DNA of 64,000 bases, taken from Candidatus Calditenuaceae archaeon HR02 (GTDB lineage: Archaea > Thermoproteota > Nitrososphaeria_A > Caldarchaeales > Calditenuaceae). Shown here in pieces: positions 58,239 through 64,000 of this stretch. The position numbers and the translations under genes are program-made. The DNA is taken from the NCBI GenBank assembly GCA_002898395.1, contig BEHE01000002.1, forward strand, positions 1-64,000, read 5' to 3'. Below the pieces are notes generated by a model, which ran no database searches, was not told the origin of the DNA, and was given only the letters and a program-made list of their open reading frames with translations. Numbering within the stretch: the stretch's first letter is position 1; each line of letters opens with the position of its first letter.

Positions 58239-58628
58239 ATGTCGCTTCAGAAGTTGAGAAGGCCTAGTCCACGAGAGTTAAGAAGGATGCAGGACAGGAT
58301 GCTTAGCAGTTTAGGAGTCTCTATGGAGGAGCTAGGCCTTGCTAAAGAAGTCACGATAGAGCTTCAGGACAGGACAATCAGGATAAGTGGACCTGCTGTG
58401 GTGGCCATTAATTCACAGGCCGGCAGAATATACCAGATTGTAGGTGGCGAGGAGTTTAAGTCACCAAAAGGAGAGGGAGAAGGGCCTCAATATGAGCCGA
58501 GCCCGGAGGATGTGGCCCTAGTCGCAGCCCAAGCAGGTGTTGAGCCGGAAGAGGCAAGAAGAGCTCTCATAGAGTCTGGAGGAGACTTGGCCCGCGCAAT
58601 AATAAGCCTCAGGACACAGAAGACATGA
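58239..58628 (+). CDS. nac: nascent polypeptide-associated complex protein
   Basis: PRELRRM..LG, YQIVG, UBA tail EDVALVAAQAGV..GDLARAI. Confidence 0.93.
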   Translation: MSLQKLRRPSPRELRRMQDRMLSSLGVSMEELGLAKEVTIELQDRTIRISGPAVVAINSQAGRIYQIVGGEEFKSPKGEGEGPQYEPSPEDVALVAAQAGVEPEEARRALIESGGDLARAIISLRTQKT

Positions 58629-60360
58629 GACTTTCTCCAGGCTGATTTCTCAGCAGAATTGGGAGAGACTGCAGTAGATCCAATATTGGCTCCCTCCCAT
58701 GCAGCTTAGCCAGTCTTTCTACAGCCGAATCCTCCAGCACTATGCCCCCCAATAACTGAGCAAGATCCTGCAAATGGTCTAGATTTAGCGCCAAGAATAT
58801 CCCCGAGAGATCGTTACAATAGTGGTTTAACGGTCCCCGTATTTCTGTCTCGGGAGAGAACCTGTTATTTGCAAGAACCTTATCGATCGAGTAGAGCCTG
58901 TCTGATAATTGCCTTGGCCAGCTCGAGGCTATTACGACTCTTCCCCTGAGAGATGGAACACTGTTGATAGCTTCTGCCAAGCACCTTATAACGCGGGCTA
59001 ACAAATTGTATCCTTCATCCACCCCAGTTAATAACGGTCTCATAACCTCGACCAGACCAATAGGAGCCAGTAGGTAGAGCAACTGTATCCGCGGAGCATC
59101 TTTATGGAATTTGTAGAGGTAGCGGGTGCACCGCTCCAGATATCTGGCCAGCCTTTCAAGCATCGGGGACAGTCTTTGAATCATTATAGACTCATCAAAC
59201 CCGCTATTATTCAATAGCCGCAGAAAGTTAAGGCCCATGAAGGAGTGAACACCGAAGTCCCCTGAAACGGAAGTTTTGATAGCGTATTGTGTGAATAGGG
59301 TTCTATCACCTCTGTAGAAGGTGTAGAGAATCGGGCTTTCAGCCCTGGAAGGCAGTCCTACAATTACTTTATCGACCCACTTACATCTATTCAAGACCTC
59401 GTCAAGTCTATGACCACTCAGCAATTTTTCGGAATACTTGGCTATAATTGGGGTAGGGCCCTCAATTAGAAAGTAAATGTCCTCAGGAAAAGGGTAGGAA
59501 GGGGTTGGATATTCCCGTAATTCTGAGTCTACATCAAGTTGTATTATAAGGTCGTTGTACACCAGCCCCAATACTTTTGGAACAACGCTCTCGTCGTATT
59601 TTGTGAGTGAAACACTAAAGAATTGTAAGGGTCCGCGGGGTAGAGGATACAAGTCGAGCTCTCCTAAGTAGTAGTGCTGTTTAAGCTGCTTTTGAAAGAA
59701 TTTTTCAACGATAAGTGTCCGCATCGTTGTGTCGAGGATGAAGTTTTTTAGCATTTTTAGGTTCATTTTCTCCACGGATCTGTGGAAGGCTGAGTAGAGC
59801 TCCCGTATTGTGGGGGTTGATGGCATGATGTTTGATATCTTCTCTAGCTCAATATTTCTGGAGAGGAGCTCTACCCTCAAGAGATCCTCAACAAGCCATC
59901 TCGGGATCATGGACGTCTGCAATTCATCTAGCTTCTTTTCAACTAGAATCCCCACACTACGGGCTAGGTCTGCCGGGATTTGAATCGCCTCCACCAACTG
60001 TTCAGCTATGATGTTCCTATTGATTGGCTCGAAAGAGTAGTCCCAATTAAGCACAATCAACTCGCCTGATACAGATTTACGTTGAAGGTTACGTACCACT
60101 TCGACCGCCCTCCTACCTAGCGGCGTTAGTGAGTATGTTCGAGACTTGCCCGAATATTCGATAAGACCTGCCCTCAACACTGTCTTGAGATGATATGTAA
60201 ATTTCCCTACATCCTCCCGCTCACTTAATCCTGCATATTTCATCAGTTCGGAGAAGTTCATCTGCGACGTACTTAGGGCCTCTATTATTGAGAGTCTGAT
60301 GGGTGAGGAAATTGCTTTCAAAATGGATGCTACCTCAGCTCTGCCATCCTCATGTCTCAT
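58609..60360 (-). CDS. wHTH + ATP-cone + degenerate class III RNR (NrdD)-like protein
   Basis: KAISSPIRL..GKFTYHLK; EPINRNIIAEQL ATP-cone; eroded NrdD-like segments (HYYLGELDLYPL, GLNFLRL, PIGLVEV). Confidence 0.65.
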   Translation of the reverse strand: MRHEDGRAEVASILKAISSPIRLSIIEALSTSQMNFSELMKYAGLSEREDVGKFTYHLKTVLRAGLIEYSGKSRTYSLTPLGRRAVEVVRNLQRKSVSGELIVLNWDYSFEPINRNIIAEQLVEAIQIPADLARSVGILVEKKLDELQTSMIPRWLVEDLLRVELLSRNIELEKISNIMPSTPTIRELYSAFHRSVEKMNLKMLKNFILDTTMRTLIVEKFFQKQLKQHYYLGELDLYPLPRGPLQFFSVSLTKYDESVVPKVLGLVYNDLIIQLDVDSELREYPTPSYPFPEDIYFLIEGPTPIIAKYSEKLLSGHRLDEVLNRCKWVDKVIVGLPSRAESPILYTFYRGDRTLFTQYAIKTSVSGDFGVHSFMGLNFLRLLNNSGFDESIMIQRLSPMLERLARYLERCTRYLYKFHKDAPRIQLLYLLAPIGLVEVMRPLLTGVDEGYNLLARVIRCLAEAINSVPSLRGRVVIASSWPRQLSDRLYSIDKVLANNRFSPETEIRGPLNHYCNDLSGIFLALNLDHLQDLAQLLGGIVLEDSAVERLAKLHGREPILDLLQSLPILLRNQPGESLMSSVS

Positions 60361-60469
60361 AACTTCCCTCTGCAGAAGACAAGCCTGCCACTAAAGCTTT
60401 ACTGAGCCCAAAAACGCGATACCTTAAATTACTCCCAGTTGAGATTATTACCGAGTGGACTGGTCCAAC

Positions 60470-60543
60470 GGGCCCGTAGCTCAGCCAGGTAGAGCGGCCG
60501 GCTCATAACCGGTAGGTCGTGGGTTCGAATCCCACCGGGCCCA
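60470..60543 (+). tRNA. tRNA with CAU anticodon, most likely tRNA-Ile2
   Basis: GGGCCCG/CGGGCCC-A acceptor (Ile-type), anticodon loop CTCATAA, T-loop GTTCGAATC; no intron, CCA not encoded. Confidence 0.92.
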
Positions 60544-60645
60544 CACGAGGCGGGTAGATAGTAATTATGGAATGTAATTACGAATGACGACTGGTTCGTA
60601 GGCATGGAAACGGATAAGGGAAAGAAAGGGGAGGGGTTTACGTTG

Positions 60646-61517
60646 TCATCGAATCGTCAGAAGAAGCCCTCTCTTCTTCAAATATTCCTCGAGTCTCTTC
60701 CTCTCGATCGTGAAACTGACCTTCTCGTAGAACGTCAGATTCGACTTCTTACTCACCTTGACGTAATAACAGTCTTTTCTCTGTCTATACACTTTCCCCG
60801 TCTCTGGATCTCTAATCGGCGTTCCGGCCCGCTGACGCAATATCGGCTCATCTGAGGTCGTCTCTATTCCGATTCTGCTCAGCAGGTATATCACGTATTC
60901 TAGTAGCCTGTAGTCGGTGTTGGTCACCTCAATTATACCATTTTTACGAACGCAGCCCTCGCTGTCGAAGAATCCTCGTAAAAATGCCGCGATACATCTC
61001 TCGCAGTGCTCAACGTACGGTCTGATCTTCTCGATATCTATGGGTTTCTTGAGCAGTTCGTAAAGTGTTTTGGATGCGACTTCGACGACCCATCTACCGT
61101 CTTTATTCAGTCTTGGTATTGGTGGTTCCCTTCCCAGAACCCTCGCTATTGTCTTGGCATAGAACTCGCCGAACTCTTTGTCCTTGACCATTAATCCGAT
61201 AAAGAATTCGTCATATGTTGGTGGCGGTTTACTTTTCTTCCAAACATAACCGTCTCCAGCCTCAACTCCGATCACGTAGGCTAGATCCTCTGAAGGCTTC
61301 AGGAACTCTAATGTCGGTACTCTGATTCCGTTGTAAGGAGAGTGTTTCCTATTGCACCATTCGCTGCAAGCGGACTTGCGGATAGTAACGTTATATCTTC
61401 TCTTTATCTCCTTGATTATTTGTCCGTAAGACAGTCCCTGTTTTCGGAGTTCAAGAACGTCCTCGTGGATCCTTATCCTCAGCCCCCTCGGGAGATAACT
61501 TCCCCCCTCTTCTCCAT
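60646..61517 (-). mobile_element. stand-alone HTH + LAGLIDADG endonuclease, 1-nt frameshift near the start
   Basis: LAYVIGVEAGDG and FLRGFFDSEG motifs; the frame extends upstream through an HTH (GLSYGQII..SEW); ATG 61517 is out of frame across a G6 run. Confidence 0.8.
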
Positions 61518-61559
61518 TATTTCTTCTCTCCTATCACCCATTCTATACCACCTTTCTGA

Positions 61560-62360
61560 GTGCTAGGGTGTATTTGTGCTATAGGTCGTGGTTGTGTCCC
61601 TTTATTGTGTGGTATCTTGCTAGGCCGGTGTTTGATAGCTTGAACTTCAATGTCTCAACGTGTTTAAACCCGATGATCTCCGCCAGCTCTATTGTCAGAT
61701 TGTTAGGCTTACTAGGTCTCTTGATAGCCTGTGTAGCTTGTTGTTCCTGAAGTTCTTTAGGACTATAACTGCTAGGTCTCTGTTATTGTTGGTTCTGTTT
61801 AGGCATAGGTACATCGAGGCCAGTATCCCTAGCCATGCAGCCCTTAGATGTCTCCCAATCATCAATACAAGATTCCCACCACTAGTAATGACTAGTTTCT
61901 CGAGCCTTGGCCTGAACCCGCTGTTTACCAGCAGGCCGTATGGTGGTGAAGTTATTATTACGCGGCGTCTCTCACCGTTGAGCCGTCCCCTAGGCCTTAT
62001 AGCCCCGTATAGACATGCCGCATTCATGCTGTAGGCGTCTAGTAGTGTGCTGTGGTTTGTCACTGCAATCATCTCTCCCAAGAGCTCTTCAGCAATCTTG
62101 GCATACGTCGGCTCGACATCGTTGACTATTAGGTGGTTGTTGTCTGTGAGTCTGCAGGCTATGGCGGGGATAAATCTAGGCCCCCAAAATGTGGGGAGTA
62201 CCCCCTACCCCGGCCATAGGGTCTATAACAACATCTCCAACCCCAACACATCTCCTCCAGAGATAGTGGCTAGATGCTAAACCCTAGCAGTTTTAGTGGA
62301 AGACTTTTACTTGTAGATATGATGTTACTGCTGGCTTCAGGCTTAGGATGCCTGTGAGCA
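61560..62360 (-). pseudogene. degraded SAM-dependent amino-methyltransferase (DNA N4C/N6A or Trm11-like)
   Basis: GDVVIDPMAG.G (about 62215), ITSPPYG (about 61940), VIVLKNF..TIELAEIIGF split by stops and frameshifts. Confidence 0.6.
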
Positions 62361-63109
62361 AGAAATATCTACTCCAGCCAGAGCTACTACTAGGGGAGAA
62401 GTCCATCCATATCGACTTATGGATAGAGGATGGAATATCGTATAGGCCTAGGGAGAGAGGCTAGACTCGGATTATTACATACCGCATATCCAGCCGAACT
62501 ATAGGTGTGGGGAGGGATACTGCCCTGTCTGCCAATCAAGCTGGGACAAAGGCGACCACTACCCATACTGCAGTAGAAAACCCAGAAAAAAGCCAAGAAA
62601 AAACAGTGAGAAGAGATACATAAATAGAGGATCTGGAATAGTTAAGGCCTAAAAGTATCACTCTCAATAACAATGGCGTAGAAGTTATTCTCAAACTCCA
62701 TTACCTCGGAATGGTATAATCCCCACCCAACGCCGTTAAATATTATTATAATAGGCAGGGGGGATAAGGGGGGGTCGTCTGAGCTTCATCATTCTCCTGC
62801 CGATACTTTCTTCAAAATCTCACAAGTCTTCCACCAATCCTCCTTTTCGCTTACTCCTATCCCATCCTTTATTGAGAGTTAGACGAGATGCCGCTTTCTA
62901 GGTATTGAGGAACTTCAGGTAGTCCTTTGGATAGATATACGTCGCATATACGTCCATCTTAGATTCCATCCACATCCATTGGGACGTGAGTGGTGTGGAC
63001 GAAAAATCTATGAATGCTCTAGTTTCGGTGGACTAAGTTCTTCCAAAGGACTTATCATCGAATAATAAGTAGTTGAGTAATTGAGGGTGTTGTTATTCCT
63101 CAGTCTTGA

Positions 63110-63649
63110 TTATTTGCTTCTCCATCTAATGATGTATCCTAGGCCGCCTAGAATTACTCCGAGGGCGAGCAGCACTATGAATATTGTTATCCATAAGGGA
63201 TAGCCCAAGGGTATGCCGTAGAAGATGTTCGTGTGGACTTGTCCAGGGTTCCATCCTCTTCCGCCCACCTCGGGTGGGAGCATTGCGGCGCCTCCTAGAT
63301 ATCCCCCCAGCATCATCAGACCTGAAGCTCCTAACACTCCCACATTCATCAAGAATAGGTGGGACCATGCTAGCTTGTCGGCAATCCCTGTATAGGGCTT
63401 CCCCAAGACCGATTCGATGTAGTGGTAGAACAGCGCCGTGACGGCCACCCCCATGACACCTACGATGAGGTATGTCACGTAGCCCATCGTGAACCACATA
63501 CCCGCTGACCCAAAGGCTATTACTCGGCTAGGCTCAGGCCTCAAGAAAAAAATCTGCCCTATGACGATATACAGTGTAATCAGCGTAGCAATTGCTCCTT
63601 GGACGATCGCAGCGCCTATAAAACGAGAAGCCCATTTACTTGCCTGCAT
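63110..63649 (-). CDS. 4-TM membrane protein, weakly resembling heme-copper oxidase subunit I C-terminal helices
   Basis: Four hydrophobic helices; LAWSHLFLMNVG. Confidence 0.6.
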   Translation of the reverse strand: MQASKWASRFIGAAIVQGAIATLITLYIVIGQIFFLRPEPSRVIAFGSAGMWFTMGYVTYLIVGVMGVAVTALFYHYIESVLGKPYTGIADKLAWSHLFLMNVGVLGASGLMMLGGYLGGAAMLPPEVGGRGWNPGQVHTNIFYGIPLGYPLWITIFIVLLALGVILGGLGYIIRWRSK

Positions 63650-63854
63650 ATACTATCAAACACCCCCTTTCATCTCTATAACCTATGCTAAAATTTAATC
63701 TTTACCCTTAAGATGCATAATTTTTCATGAATATCCACGTAGTAGTTTCTTTTTCGCGAACTCGCCCACCTCACTGCTAAGAGGAGAGAAGTTGGTCCAG
63801 GCCTCAGCGGGGGGATTGCCTCTATATACTCCCGCTCATTTAAAGTAATGTGCT

Positions 63855-64000
63855 ATGGATCCATTGGTTTTTACCATTACTGTGGGATTGCTCGGTGCTG
63901 CCGCTTCGGTGCTCCTAATAGCGTATGTAGAGAGGCTTCCTAAAGGTGATGAGGGGTTTGTTAATATTTGGCGCGCAATCCGGGAAGGTGCGAGCGCGTA
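63855..64000 (+). CDS. hppA: membrane-bound H+/Na+-translocating pyrophosphatase, 5' partial
   Basis: MDPLVFTITVGLLG..V..LPKG..I..AIREGASAY matches the HppA N-terminus; runs off the window. Confidence 0.75.
   Translation, partial: MDPLVFTITVGLLGAAASVLLIAYVERLPKGDEGFVNIWRAIREGASA

Noticed and set aside
60470-60543. tRNA-Met
   Set aside because: The acceptor stem GGGCCCG is Ile-type, not the initiator AGCGGG or elongator GCC type. Ile2 (agmatidine-modified) is preferred.
1-64000. CRISPR array or cas genes, prompted by the CARF-like tail
   Set aside because: No regularly spaced repeats or Cas motifs seen.
60544-64000. attR copy of the tRNA 3' end or an integrase
   Set aside because: None found by eye within the window.

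Overview
64-kb chromosomal window from a thermophilic TACK-type archaeon. The lineage is inferred to be Aigarchaeota/Caldarchaeales-like, from an EndA with the crenarchaeal loop, CdvC, DUF1512, a stand-alone HTH-LAGLIDADG gene and an HTH-ATP-cone-NrdD-like fusion. Core genes: galT/galK, kae1-bud32, rdgB, nop5-fibrillarin-rnhB-endA, proteasome beta, the HMG-CoA synthase/thiolase/DUF35 cluster, cdvC, dph2, trpB2, L40e, S17e, fni, NAC, tRNA-Ile2(CAU) and the start of hppA. The best candidate for an undescribed system is an 18-kb accessory block (26.4-44.5 kb). It encodes two divergent OPT-superfamily membrane proteins, a large and a minimal FtsX/MacB permease, a LolD-type ATPase and a PqqD/RRE-like protein, interleaved with sugar redox/epimerase enzymes, a GT-C glycosyltransferase and an ASPIC/UnbV plus His-rich UnbU-like pair. 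The large permease carries an extra CARF-like C-terminal domain. Other notable items: a membrane-anchored roadblock/roadblock/MglA-like GTPase operon, a mevalonate-cluster thiolase lacking both catalytic cysteines, a degenerate NrdD fused to a wHTH, an unannotated dual-guide C/D-box sRNA, an EVE pseudogene, and a decaying island after the tRNA. All family assignments come from motif recognition by eye; no searches were run.
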